A stretch of DNA of 64,000 nucleotides from a virus (lineage: Duplodnaviria; Caudoviricetes), in the IMG/VR virus record IMGVR_UViG_3300036966_000119, positions 32,001 through 96,000 of that record; one strand, given 5' to 3'. How positions within the stretch are numbered: position 1 is the first letter of the stretch; every line of letters starts with the position of its first letter. This document shows positions 37,691-48,508 of this stretch, piece by piece. Under the pieces are notes generated by a model. It did not search any database and was not told where the DNA came from. It saw only the letters and a program-made list of their open reading frames with translations. The position numbers and the translations under genes are program-made.

Positions 37691-38884
37691 ATGTTTTTCC
37701 TCCAGGAATCTTTTACCGAGGAGGAAGCAATGGTTTTTGTGGAAGCTGCATTGCATGAACCCGAAAACACTCCTCTCCGTACAACGATAATTGATCCAAT
37801 TATCGCAGTTCTTGAACACCCCAAAAGCAGAAAGGAATATATCAAGTATGGTAATGATTTTCTTGAGGCTAATTCCGAGATGTTGTCAAAAGAATTTCCT
37901 ACCAAACCTGTGTCATTCCCTCGTGCTTATGTTGATAATGTTTTTGCCATGTTCGGTTTCGAACAGAAAGCATTCAAAGAGAATCTCAAACAGATTCTCA
38001 AGTCTGTTAATGACAAAACATCATTCCAAACGATTGTTGCTAACCCAACAAATGTTATCCATTCAATCGTTTTAACATATGCTGATATGATTCAGCATCG
38101 CGAACTGAGAGATTCAGCCAGACAGCAAATGGGTCTTTCAGTGTACAACAATGTCTTCAATCATTTTTTCCATCCACCACATCCAATTGAATCTACCATG
38201 GCTTATGTTTATCTTAACCTTGATAATTCATGGAACCTGGTAAAATCTGAAAATGTTATAAACTGGATAGGCGGTACAATAGAAACAGCTTATGGTTTCT
38301 GGCGTACCAAAATGGATCTCAATATGTCGGCAACGGTTCTCGTCCAGTTCTTGAACCGTGTCAGAACGTCATTCCAACAGAACCTACGCTTGCTGGCGAA
38401 TCAGTATTATGATAACATGGATAAGGGTAACTTGATTGGTGATGACGTTAATTCATCAGATGAGTATCTTGAAACGAATAACACTATTAAGATTCGACAG
38501 AATCTCATAAGGAGAATCAATAGTGGAGACCAGTTGTACAAAGATAAGGGTAATCTGTATATCGGCATTGCACGTCTGAAGAACGTTAAGGTTGATTCGT
38601 TGTACAATTTTGCACAGCAAATTCAATCTGATGATATCGGTGTTATAATTGACACGATATTCTACGTATTCATTGTCAAGGAGAATAATACAATAGAAGA
38701 TGTGAATTCATCTAAGTTCATATCGAGAATTACAAATCTCCCAACGGCAATTGATCGTGCGATTGCCGGTAAACCGATTATCTCTACACTGTCTACCAAA
38801 TACAAGGTCGATCAGAGTATCGTTAAAGCATACATATGTCTGATCGCAACATATATCATGTATCGTATCAACGATGTTAAATAA
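37691..38884 (+). CDS. Conserved-looking virion protein
   Basis: 397 aa, helical; N-terminal FLQES maturation-type motif. Confidence 0.6.
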   Translation: MFFLQESFTEEEAMVFVEAALHEPENTPLRTTIIDPIIAVLEHPKSRKEYIKYGNDFLEANSEMLSKEFPTKPVSFPRAYVDNVFAMFGFEQKAFKENLKQILKSVNDKTSFQTIVANPTNVIHSIVLTYADMIQHRELRDSARQQMGLSVYNNVFNHFFHPPHPIESTMAYVYLNLDNSWNLVKSENVINWIGGTIETAYGFWRTKMDLNMSATVLVQFLNRVRTSFQQNLRLLANQYYDNMDKGNLIGDDVNSSDEYLETNNTIKIRQNLIRRINSGDQLYKDKGNLYIGIARLKNVKVDSLYNFAQQIQSDDIGVIIDTIFYVFIVKENNTIEDVNSSKFISRITNLPTAIDRAIAGKPIISTLSTKYKVDQSIVKAYICLIATYIMYRINDVK

Positions 38885-38910
38885 AATCGGAAGAAGGTGC
38901 GGTTATACGA

Positions 38911-40422
38911 ATGAATATTTCACAGTTAGATGAGGTTATTCTTGAATCAGAATATGAAGTCTTGAATAATTTATTGGATGCCTATGATAAGGCATACACC
39001 ATTATTGAAAATTATCAGGGTGACGATCTCAACGCATTTTCAATATTCCAAGAATCATCAATAGTTCAAGAAGCATCTTGGAAAGAGACAGAAAAACAGA
39101 AACTCGATAAGCCAGAATTTAAATTCCGTCAAAATAATGAAAAGACTGGAAAAAAGGAAAATATCCTCAAGAGTTTTATGAAGTTGATTCCAAGATTAAT
39201 TGAGCATGTCCAGGATCTTCATAGAAGAAAAATGGAGATGAAGAAACTTAAGCTTGTAACAGAACAAGCTAAGAAAATTGGTGTAGATGTTTCGAAAATG
39301 TCGCCAGGTGAAACTGAGTTATTTTATACCCTTATAAATCAGAATGTCCCAGCATCCGAGTTAAAGGAGATTCTCAGAAAAGAAAACTTTAAACACGATG
39401 TCCGAATGTGGCTTACCAAACAAGGTCTCAAAGTTGGTGGTGGTGCGATTGTTATTGGTGGAACAGCGTATGCCCTCAACAATAAAAAAGAACTTATCGA
39501 ATCAAAGATCTCTGACTTTAAAGGAGAGATAATGAAAAAGTTTGATGAGACAGTTCTTAGTGAGATAAGAGAGGCTGGTTCTAAAGCAGCTGATACTATA
39601 TCAAAGGCAGCCGATAAAGCTGCCGAAAAGATAGCCGATGCGGCAAAACGTGTTCAAGAAGTAATGAGAAAAGCTATTGAATTCATAAAGAAATTATATG
39701 ATGGAATTCGTAAGTTTTTCAATATTAACTTATTGAAATATGACCAAGTAACAGATGATGGAATATTATGTAAGATCGATGTCAAAGCAGGTACATTGTA
39801 TGTCACAATAGATCTCGATATGTGGAGTAGTTGGATTGATTTTGCACGAGATTTCATTGTTCAAGCAGCTGCTCTTATTGGACGCAAATTCACTGATGGA
39901 AAATTGGAGAAGAATACCAATGCAGAAGGAAGAGCAGTTAGATCTGGTGCAATATATGATTTCCAAAAAGAACATGATAAATCAAATGTTGTTACTAAAT
40001 ATACAATACATCCCGACGCCGAATCAGCAATAAACAAGTTTACTGATAATATGAGAAAACTGGCTGATGACAAAACCAAGAAGAAAAACGCGTATTCACC
40101 AATTTCTTCATTCTCTGAGAAAGCTGAAGCTCTCTCTGAGAAATTGACGAAAATGTGTCAAGCAGCAAAATCTTTGTCGGCTGTATATGAATCCAGGTTA
40201 AAGGACGATACCCGTGATGATAGATGGGTCGATACGGAGAAGCTTGTATCTGAAAAAATAAGAGGTATTTTAGACACCCAGGTTACACTCACAAATGGCA
40301 TATCTGCAGTTAACGAATACATTACAACGGTCGCAGAAATGTCTGATAGTTTGAGTATTGTTGCATCTGGTAGTGAACCTCCTTCAGACACAAGTATCAC
40401 TGACAAAAAAGAAGACGAATAA
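38911..40422 (+). CDS. Internal head protein, paralog family
   Basis: VILESEYEV...IFQES/IVQEA, then KLIPRL; Gly-rich hydrophobic segment. Confidence 0.7.
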   Translation: MNISQLDEVILESEYEVLNNLLDAYDKAYTIIENYQGDDLNAFSIFQESSIVQEASWKETEKQKLDKPEFKFRQNNEKTGKKENILKSFMKLIPRLIEHVQDLHRRKMEMKKLKLVTEQAKKIGVDVSKMSPGETELFYTLINQNVPASELKEILRKENFKHDVRMWLTKQGLKVGGGAIVIGGTAYALNNKKELIESKISDFKGEIMKKFDETVLSEIREAGSKAADTISKAADKAAEKIADAAKRVQEVMRKAIEFIKKLYDGIRKFFNINLLKYDQVTDDGILCKIDVKAGTLYVTIDLDMWSSWIDFARDFIVQAAALIGRKFTDGKLEKNTNAEGRAVRSGAIYDFQKEHDKSNVVTKYTIHPDAESAINKFTDNMRKLADDKTKKKNAYSPISSFSEKAEALSEKLTKMCQAAKSLSAVYESRLKDDTRDDRWVDTEKLVSEKIRGILDTQVTLTNGISAVNEYITTVAEMSDSLSIVASGSEPPSDTSITDKKEDE

Positions 40423-40469
40423 ATAAACATCCGTTTTGTTTATTTATATATGAAAGGAAAGTGAATCTA

Positions 40470-41993
40470 ATGAACACAACTATACGTAATGAAGTCATTG
40501 CTTCTATTGACGCTATGAACGGAGTAGTTCAGGAATCAGAAATGGAAGTTCTCTGTTCTCTCGTGGATCAGATGGATAAAGCATCTGTAATTCTTGAGAG
40601 TTATAATGGTAATGAACTTGAAATGTTCGCTATATACCAAGAGGCTGATGGTGCCGTACAGTCAGGTGATCCTTCAGGTGAGGTAGATTCTGGTGCAAAG
40701 AAAGACAGTATCCTTATGAAGATACTGATGTTCATTCCAAATCTGCTCAAGAAGATCTGGGTATTTGTAAAACAAGCATGGAATGGTGAAATCGTTTCTG
40801 CTGCACAAGCAGCAGTTGACAAGGCTGAGGCTTTCCCAGATAAAGCAAAGTCTTTATTTGATAAGATAATGGGTAAGGATGAGTCATGGATCAAGGAACA
40901 CGCAGCAGAACTCGGTATTGCTGGAGGTACTACACTTGCAGCTGTTCTCAGCTTTGTTGGATTTATGAATAAAGATAAACTCACTGATATTGTCAAGGGT
41001 TGGCTTAAGTCAATTAAGTCATTCTTCTCAAAATTGTCTGATGATATTATCGACACAAGGATTATCTTCGAACTGACCGTTGGTAATAAGATCAAGACCA
41101 ATGTTGGTATTAAGAAGATATCCGAGGCATTTAAATCAGTACCTGAGTTTATCAAGAAAACTCGTGAATTCAACATATATAAGAAGACAGGCATCAATGT
41201 ATCTGTTATTGAGACAGAAGCAGCTGCTCTTGAAAATGATGTGAATAAATTCACAACCGCTGATATTATTTTACCAGAACCGATAGAGCTTGACGCTAAA
41301 GAAGTAATCAATGAGCTCAATGAATTCGGACAGGTGTTTGATAGCGTTAAGAATGATGGTACCGATATATCAGGCATAACATTGTCTGATGAAGCAAAAC
41401 AAAAACTTCTTGAAGCAGAGAAGAATGATGCTCTTCGTAGCAAACTGAATTCCGTGATCACTAAGTTCAACGGTGTTATGAAGAAAATAAGCGAATTCTT
41501 CGTAGGAACATATAATGCAGTCAAGAAGCTTCTTGGTAAAATCGCAGGCATATTCAAGAAAGAGGATGAGATTTCTGCTCAACTCAAGAGTGAATATAGT
41601 ACTTCTGATACAGAAGAAACTGGTGAAGCCAGCGGCGACGAACCTTCAACAGAAGATTTTGTATCACCAGATAAGGAATCATCTGAATCCACAGAATCTG
41701 AGCCGAAGAATGCATCAGGTGAAACTGGTCAGACCAATGTTGGTGAACCTTCTAAGGGTATGAGCTACACAGCTAATCAGGTTAAGACTTTCCTGAATAA
41801 CGTTGGTAAGAACGACGTTGAGGTTCCTGAGAAGCCAGAAGGAAATAAAATGATCCGTTACAAAGACGGCGATCCTCTTACTTTCGTTTACCATCCTGAT
41901 GATGGTCAGTATTACTATGAATCAGCTGAGGAAGATGTTAGCGACGACGATGACGTTGTAGTTGAATCTCATACAGGTTACTATTTCAAGTAA
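40470..41993 (+). CDS. Internal head protein, paralog family
   Basis: IRNEVI...VQESEMEV...IYQEA, then LMFIPNL; hydrophobic segment LGIAGGTTLAAVLSFVGF. Confidence 0.7.
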   Translation: MNTTIRNEVIASIDAMNGVVQESEMEVLCSLVDQMDKASVILESYNGNELEMFAIYQEADGAVQSGDPSGEVDSGAKKDSILMKILMFIPNLLKKIWVFVKQAWNGEIVSAAQAAVDKAEAFPDKAKSLFDKIMGKDESWIKEHAAELGIAGGTTLAAVLSFVGFMNKDKLTDIVKGWLKSIKSFFSKLSDDIIDTRIIFELTVGNKIKTNVGIKKISEAFKSVPEFIKKTREFNIYKKTGINVSVIETEAAALENDVNKFTTADIILPEPIELDAKEVINELNEFGQVFDSVKNDGTDISGITLSDEAKQKLLEAEKNDALRSKLNSVITKFNGVMKKISEFFVGTYNAVKKLLGKIAGIFKKEDEISAQLKSEYSTSDTEETGEASGDEPSTEDFVSPDKESSESTESEPKNASGETGQTNVGEPSKGMSYTANQVKTFLNNVGKNDVEVPEKPEGNKMIRYKDGDPLTFVYHPDDGQYYYESAEEDVSDDDDVVVESHTGYYFK

Positions 41994-42005
41994 TTAACGC
42001 AACTA

Positions 42006-42038
42006 TGGGGCGGCCCACAATGGGCCTGCCCTATTTTT
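42006..42038 (+). terminator. Hairpin terminator
   Basis: GGGCGGCCCA-CAA-TGGGCCTGCCC plus TATTTTT. Confidence 0.65.
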
Positions 42039-42057
42039 AATGAAAGGATTGAGATTA

Positions 42058-43143
42058 ATGAATACAAACATCAATGAGTTATTGACAAACATAGATGAAG
42101 CTACCGCTGATTCAGAGGCGTGCGTACTTGAGTCAATGCTTATGTCATATCTTAAAACATATGATATGCTGACAAATGAGGAAGGTCCCACTATTGTTCA
42201 GGAAGCCGTTGAAGCTGATGCTAAGTCTAAAAAGAAAGACAATGTTTTTGTGAAGATCCTTGATTCCATTATTGCTTTCTTTAAGAAAATGGCAAAAGCT
42301 GTTTCTTCTTTCTTCTCAAAAGCAAAGGAGACAATCGTTGAGCGTCTCAGAAAGTTTTCTAAACCAAATAATGCTCCAGAAGAAGTAACAAAAGAAGCTC
42401 AGGAAAAGGCAGATAAGATTTCTGATAAGAAATCTGAATCTTTGGATAAGTTTGTGAAACCTGAATTCGTTGAAGATGCCAAGGAATCTAAAGCTGAATC
42501 CAAGGAAGAGAAGAAGTCCAAGAAGACAGGTGTTGATGTTAAGGAAAGAAAGATCAAGACACGTATCAAATTCCAGAATTGGATACGTTGGATGACAGGT
42601 ATTAACACCGATCTTGATAACCTCATAAACAGTAAGATCAGAGTCGAGAAACTCAAATTCAAAGACAAGAACATCAGTCTTTATTATTTTTTCTCACACA
42701 AATACCCTGCATCGGATGTTGCTGATTATATCGAAGAAATAGTTAAACTTCTCAAGGAATTAAATCTCAAGTTTGACAAAGCCAGCACTAAGCTTGATGA
42801 GATTAGAAAATATTATTCTAATACTACAAAAGCAATCAATAATGCAAAGGATGTTTCGTGGGGATTCAAGAAAGACCCCGAAAGAATTAACATGGAACGT
42901 TCTATAAATGACGCAGCTAAAAACATCGGTACAGCGTTCGTTATTGTTCAGAATATGACAGCAGAGCTTGTTGAGGAGCTCGGCATCTATGGAATAATTC
43001 TTGATACAGTCGAGCCTGTTCTTTCTAAATACAAGGCTGAATCTGAAGCTAAGGCTGCTGCTGAAGAAGCAAAGAAAAAGGCTGATGCAAGAGAAGAAAG
43101 AACACAGCACGTCGAGGTTCATGTAAAGAAAGACGATGAATAA
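42058..43143 (+). CDS. Internal head protein, paralog family
   Basis: DSEACVLES...IVQEA, then amphipathic FVKILDSIIAFFKK. Confidence 0.68.
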   Translation: MNTNINELLTNIDEATADSEACVLESMLMSYLKTYDMLTNEEGPTIVQEAVEADAKSKKKDNVFVKILDSIIAFFKKMAKAVSSFFSKAKETIVERLRKFSKPNNAPEEVTKEAQEKADKISDKKSESLDKFVKPEFVEDAKESKAESKEEKKSKKTGVDVKERKIKTRIKFQNWIRWMTGINTDLDNLINSKIRVEKLKFKDKNISLYYFFSHKYPASDVADYIEEIVKLLKELNLKFDKASTKLDEIRKYYSNTTKAINNAKDVSWGFKKDPERINMERSINDAAKNIGTAFVIVQNMTAELVEELGIYGIILDTVEPVLSKYKAESEAKAAAEEAKKKADAREERTQHVEVHVKKDDE

Positions 43144-43168
43144 AATATAATGAAAGGAAGATTTGTAT

Positions 43169-44017
43169 ATGCTTATACGTAAAAGCAATCAGACAAACAA
43201 GTACGAAACCGCTTGTTTTGTTCAGGAAGCTGCAGTTTCCTCTGAACTCGGTGCGAATGGTTATGAAATCAAGCGTTCGACTGAGGGTCTTCCGTATTGT
43301 GAATTCGAATCAACACTCATGACTTTCAATGAGTATAATCGTATGAGACGTCGTTATGATGCTCATAATATTGATACTGTCATTGCAACAGATGAACGTA
43401 TCAATGATTTACTCAGACGCCACCAGTGGCGTGGTGAATGGAATCATCCAAACCCGGACATCAAAGGCCAGCAGTATTCTGATATCAGAATGACAATACC
43501 AGAGCCTACAAGAACTTCACACTTCATCACACGTCCTCGTCTTGAGGGTGATAAGTATCGTGGTCACATCATAACACATCCTCGTACAGAGTGTGGTAGA
43601 GATGTTGCTTCTGAGATTATTGATATTGGTGCAGTTCCATGTTTCTCTGTTCGTCTGCTGGGAAATATGATTCCTAATGCACCAATTAATCAGCCTAATA
43701 TGAGAGTATCAAAAGTAATTACTTTCGACATGGTTGACTTCCCTTCACATGCAGGTGCTCAAGCAGATATCACTCCTTCTATACACCAGGAGTCTGCTAA
43801 TGTTGTATTCCTTAAGGAACTTGCAAACTACTGCTGTGAACAGGATGAAACAATGAAGGTTGTTTGTGAATCATTCCAGTTCTCTACGGATGAGATCATG
43901 GGTATTCAGAATGGTTCAATCGTTGTTGAACAGGCTGACTCATCCAGAGTACATATTCCTCTGAGAGGTGATATCCGTAAGGAGGCTCTTTCTATAATAA
44001 TGGAAGGTGGTTTCTGA
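43169..44017 (+). CDS. Prohead maturation protease (T4 gp21 / phiKZ gp175-like)
   Basis: GEWNHP (His), FSVRLLG (Ser), ITFDMVDFPSH; self-cleavage-type motifs FVQEA and IHQES. Confidence 0.85.
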   Translation: MLIRKSNQTNKYETACFVQEAAVSSELGANGYEIKRSTEGLPYCEFESTLMTFNEYNRMRRRYDAHNIDTVIATDERINDLLRRHQWRGEWNHPNPDIKGQQYSDIRMTIPEPTRTSHFITRPRLEGDKYRGHIITHPRTECGRDVASEIIDIGAVPCFSVRLLGNMIPNAPINQPNMRVSKVITFDMVDFPSHAGAQADITPSIHQESANVVFLKELANYCCEQDETMKVVCESFQFSTDEIMGIQNGSIVVEQADSSRVHIPLRGDIRKEALSIIMEGGF

Positions 44018-44018
44018 T

Positions 44019-47000
44019 ATGGATGGAAATAATATCGTAATCAAACAATCATACTTTACAAACATTCAGACTGCCATAAACAGTCTGAATGAATTCTGTT
44101 CATCGGGTTTCAGGGTTAAGAACTTTCCTGTGTTAGATGGTGATTTCCAACTTGATCCAATGTTGGAAAGAATACTTTCTCGTCTTGATTCTGTTGATCC
44201 AACATGGCTTGAAGATGAAGGTAAGTTAAATGGTATCATTGAAATGATCAATGAGAACATTGCTAACATCGATCCTGTTGATGGAGTATATGAAACCATC
44301 GTCAGCTCAAATAATGAGATGATGATAAAAGCAATCGATGCTTATATCGGTTTCAAACTCCTTCAGGTTATTGCCGATAACTTCCAGGACTTCATAAGAT
44401 TTGTAAATGGTATCTATACATTTGAAATCTTCACAAAGCCCGATCAGTATTCTGACGTACTTGACAAGTTCGGTCAGTTCATACCACTCAATGAGATTCC
44501 TGAACTGGATCTTGAAGAAAAGATATTCGATGAAGGATTCTATGTTGATGGTGTATTCAAGAATGAACAGATCGAACTCCCTGAGTCTATGGATGTGGGA
44601 ACTGAAACAGAGCGTATCATCAATAGAGCTCCTCTTCAGGGTGTCGAGGTTTTTGTTGACGATTCCGTTCAGGAAGCTGCTGAAGTAAATTACTTCACAG
44701 AAACAAAACCAAAGCACATGAAGTACTCTACCAAGATGAAGAAATGGCTGGTATCCAATCAGTTTGAAAAAACTGTAAACGACCTGGTTGCGGGACTGCG
44801 TAAATGTGATTCGACGGATGATCTTACTGCTTTCTTCAAGAGTGATTTCTGGAGAAACATGCGAGACCTTAGTGATACAATCATACCGTACATTCTTGTC
44901 AAAGTATTTGACAATCCGAAAAAGTTTAATGGTAAATTCAATACCGAAAACTATTCAAAGTCATATGCTTCTATTATTAAACAGAATAATGGAGCAAAGC
45001 GTTTCCAGAACTACGATATCTTTACAACATTCAAATCAGACAAGGAAGGAACAATCAAATTCATTGAAGACTTCCTTAAGTTGAATCTTGTAAATGATCC
45101 TGATGCTTCTATTTCCAATAATACATTACTGACCCTCTTCAATATATTCGACTCAAGAATCTATCTTGATATCGTTTATAACTACGCTCCTGATTCTGTC
45201 AAGAAGGAAAAAACCGAGGATCAGTTTGTCAAGGAAGTTAGAGGTAAGATAAATAAGAATTCTCGTACGGCTAAAACATACACCAATGACCAGGGTGCTC
45301 AAGACCCATCTCCTGATGATAAGGTTGATGACTCAAAGACTGTTTCTGAGTATGTTGTAAATGAATTAAACAAGCTTGGTGATATGTCTATATCTGATAT
45401 GATGGCATGTGAACAGTTCTCTCACATTGTTGAATGTGATATTGATACTCTTGGTGACAAGATGTATAATGCTGGACTGTCACCATTCCTTGTTGAAGAA
45501 TACATCGGTGAATCATTCTATGATATCGATTCTCAAGTATATGATGTATTCGAAGAAGCAAGCATGAAGGTAAAGCGTGATGCCTTCCAACAGGGTGTAT
45601 GCTCTTTGATGGCTAACATGGAAGAAATTGTCAAGATGGATAAAGAACATCGTTGGAATGCAAATACTCTTGGCTCTCGTTACAAGACAACATTCAATCC
45701 GGTTGCAATTTTCTTGTTACCAATATTCACAAGTGTAACTGCTTCATCTGAAGAGCATACGAATATCAAACAGGTCTATCATTCAACCAACAAGGCTCTC
45801 AAGGGCAAACGCGGTTCTTTCACATCAGAACAATTACAAACACTCCAGAGACTCCATGATCTTACAGGTGATCTTTGGGGAACTGTTAAAATGTTCTGGA
45901 CAAATCCTCGTAACTGGTTCAAAATGTTGAATGTCATGAAGAATGATAAGACCCAGAAGCGCACAAAGGAAATGGCTGATATTGCTCGTGAGATTGTTGC
46001 TCTGAAACCAAAGCTCAGTTTCATCATTGACAATGATGACTTTGTTAATGAATACTGGTATGACGGTTCTGCTGAATACGTATTTCAGGAAGCAACAACT
46101 GAGAAGAATCGTGAACGTCTCCGTACTGCTGTAAATCTCGTGATGAGAGACATGCAAAAGATTTCTGATCTTGCTAAAAAGAAACAGTGGACAAACAACG
46201 CTTGTATCTCTATCTTTAAAGATGAGACTAAGGGCAATGTTAAAGAAGCACTTAAGTATGCCAACAGAGGTGCAACTGGTTCATGTGGTAAGTTCCAGGA
46301 TCAGGAGGTAAACGTTCTTAAGAGTTTTGGAGAAAAACTCTCTGAACTCTTGAAGACTGTAAAGTCTATTAACATCAATCCTCTTATTGGAAAGAATGTT
46401 AAAGAAGCCGGTAATGTTCACAAGGTTGCAACTCTTGCAAATGACATTCTCGGAATGAAGGGTGAACTTGATTTCATCAATTCAGAAGTAGTAAGAGATT
46501 CAGATGGTCCTGCTGTACCAACAGAGCATGATATCAAGTCTGAATCATTCGAATATAATATCGATACATTTAAAATGATCATGGAACAGGAGACCGGTGG
46601 TATTCCTGAGTACATGAAAACTCGTTTTAAGATGACCGATAAGGTTGGCGCTACTGTTACTCCTACTGCATTGCCTGAAGGAGTTCCACAGAATCCAGTT
46701 CCTGAGATTACTGATTCTATCGATGCTAAGCTTGATGCTGGCGGTGATAGTCTTGGTGATATGATTGGTGCAGGTTTTGAGAATAATCCTAACAAGGATA
46801 AGGCTGAAGGAAAGATCGTTGTAAATGTTACAAACAACTACACGAACTCTTTCAACCGTGACTCAAATAATACCACAACCAATACAACAACCAACGATGA
46901 TCATTCAACTGGTAAGACAACCAACACAACAAATTCAAATTCAAACAATAAGTCCAATTCAGACAATGATAATTCTCACGACAATCAGACCGATTCTTCA

Positions 47001-47792
47001 TCCAATAAGTCTGTTAAAAAGACGGATGTAAAGAAGTCAAAAACTGATAATAGTGACCGCAGTCATTCCACTTCGACCAAGGGCTCTAACAATAATAATA
47101 ATAGCAACGATTCTGCTGATCTTAAGGATTCACCAACTTTCAAAGATGGTGAACAGAAACTGTCTTCTGGCAAAACAGTTCAGGAGATGTTTATGTTCTT
47201 AGAATCCGAAGAGCCCCAATCAACAGGAAACACTGCTACACGTCCTAAAGAGGACTTATTAACAAAAGCAATGGACCATGACCGTAAGACGCTTGCTACT
47301 CAACAGAAAGCGAAACACGGTGTACAGAAAATTGCAAATACCGGTAAAGCTGTCCTGAAACCCGTTACCAGAACAAAGCAATGGCTGACTAAGGTAGTCG
47401 ATTCTCTTATTAAGAGAGATGAAGACAAGGTTAAAGCGGCACTTATCGAGAACAGAAGCTACCGTTCAGCAGTATACAAAGCATCAAGACTTGCTATCAA
47501 GTTAGGCTTGATCAGTGTGGCTTTCTCAATTCAACCATATCTCGGATTAACCGTTGCTGGAATAGAAGGTCTTAAGCTTGCAGATCGCAATAGACTTAAG
47601 AAGGAAGTTCAACAGGAAATGGAATCTGAACTTGAGGTTATTGATGAAAAGATCAAAGATCTTAATTCAATGAACACACCTGAAGCAAGGAAAGAAAAAT
47701 ACGAGCTTATGCGTATGAAGAAGAAGATAGAAGAGCAAATGCTTTCTACTCCGAAGAGGAAAGTTGCATCATCATACTGGGACGCTTATTAA
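44019..47792 (+). CDS. Very large internal head (poly)protein
   Basis: 1257 aa; many hydrophobic-x-E motifs, a duplicated internal module, an N/T/S-rich tract, C-terminal hydrophobic hairpin and coiled coil. Confidence 0.65.
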   Translation: MDGNNIVIKQSYFTNIQTAINSLNEFCSSGFRVKNFPVLDGDFQLDPMLERILSRLDSVDPTWLEDEGKLNGIIEMINENIANIDPVDGVYETIVSSNNEMMIKAIDAYIGFKLLQVIADNFQDFIRFVNGIYTFEIFTKPDQYSDVLDKFGQFIPLNEIPELDLEEKIFDEGFYVDGVFKNEQIELPESMDVGTETERIINRAPLQGVEVFVDDSVQEAAEVNYFTETKPKHMKYSTKMKKWLVSNQFEKTVNDLVAGLRKCDSTDDLTAFFKSDFWRNMRDLSDTIIPYILVKVFDNPKKFNGKFNTENYSKSYASIIKQNNGAKRFQNYDIFTTFKSDKEGTIKFIEDFLKLNLVNDPDASISNNTLLTLFNIFDSRIYLDIVYNYAPDSVKKEKTEDQFVKEVRGKINKNSRTAKTYTNDQGAQDPSPDDKVDDSKTVSEYVVNELNKLGDMSISDMMACEQFSHIVECDIDTLGDKMYNAGLSPFLVEEYIGESFYDIDSQVYDVFEEASMKVKRDAFQQGVCSLMANMEEIVKMDKEHRWNANTLGSRYKTTFNPVAIFLLPIFTSVTASSEEHTNIKQVYHSTNKALKGKRGSFTSEQLQTLQRLHDLTGDLWGTVKMFWTNPRNWFKMLNVMKNDKTQKRTKEMADIAREIVALKPKLSFIIDNDDFVNEYWYDGSAEYVFQEATTEKNRERLRTAVNLVMRDMQKISDLAKKKQWTNNACISIFKDETKGNVKEALKYANRGATGSCGKFQDQEVNVLKSFGEKLSELLKTVKSININPLIGKNVKEAGNVHKVATLANDILGMKGELDFINSEVVRDSDGPAVPTEHDIKSESFEYNIDTFKMIMEQETGGIPEYMKTRFKMTDKVGATVTPTALPEGVPQNPVPEITDSIDAKLDAGGDSLGDMIGAGFENNPNKDKAEGKIVVNVTNNYTNSFNRDSNNTTTNTTTNDDHSTGKTTNTTNSNSNNKSNSDNDNSHDNQTDSSSNKSVKKTDVKKSKTDNSDRSHSTSTKGSNNNNNSNDSADLKDSPTFKDGEQKLSSGKTVQEMFMFLESEEPQSTGNTATRPKEDLLTKAMDHDRKTLATQQKAKHGVQKIANTGKAVLKPVTRTKQWLTKVVDSLIKRDEDKVKAALIENRSYRSAVYKASRLAIKLGLISVAFSIQPYLGLTVAGIEGLKLADRNRLKKEVQQEMESELEVIDEKIKDLNSMNTPEARKEKYELMRMKKKIEEQMLSTPKRKVASSYWDAY

Positions 47793-47811
47793 TTAGGAAG
47801 GAGGGATAACA

Positions 47812-48444
47812 ATGTCAACTAATGACATGATGAGAGATAACTCTAAAAGTTTATTTTTTACAGTCATGGAGGCTGAAGGAGATGAACTTCAACCATTTGA
47901 TGGTGGAAATGCTCAAGTAGCGGATACACCAGCAGAAGACATTGCCCCTCCTGCTACTGATACAAGTGGCGGTGGTGATGATCTCGGAGATCCCCCTCCG
48001 TTAAATGAAGACGATGGTGGTATGGATATGCCAGCATTCGGCGAAGAAGACGCTGGTGGAGATGACATAGGTGGTGGCGATTCAAGCAGCAACGAAGATG
48101 AAGAAGCTGATAAACAAGATACAAAGCTTTCTGATAAAGCGAATAACATTCTCAATGAGCAGCTATACAAAAAGATGGTTGCACGCAATAGCGAAATTGA
48201 GGAGATACTTGCAAGTCTGAAAGATCTCGTTCCTTTGCTTCCATATGACGTTGTCAAAAGCAATGATGAATCAGTTAACCATCTGAAGAATGCTCTTACC
48301 AAAGGGCAAAAATATGTTATCAATGATTTCGTAGATTCTGGTTACGGAGAGAATCAACTCTTCTATCAGAAGCTGGATAGCTTATACACCCTTCTACTGA
48401 ATCGAATTGATACAAATCTTAAAAAGATTAAGGATAAGCAATGA
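47812..48444 (+). CDS. Acidic prohead core/scaffold-like protein
   Basis: TVMEA motif, D/G-rich region, C-terminal helices; immediately upstream of the capsid gene. Confidence 0.55.
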   Translation: MSTNDMMRDNSKSLFFTVMEAEGDELQPFDGGNAQVADTPAEDIAPPATDTSGGGDDLGDPPPLNEDDGGMDMPAFGEEDAGGDDIGGGDSSSNEDEEADKQDTKLSDKANNILNEQLYKKMVARNSEIEEILASLKDLVPLLPYDVVKSNDESVNHLKNALTKGQKYVINDFVDSGYGENQLFYQKLDSLYTLLLNRIDTNLKKIKDKQ

Positions 48445-48508
48445 TTGCAAAGTGTTCCACTAATGTGATTCACTTTCAAAATTTAAAACTAAAAGGAGTG
48501 TTTTATTC

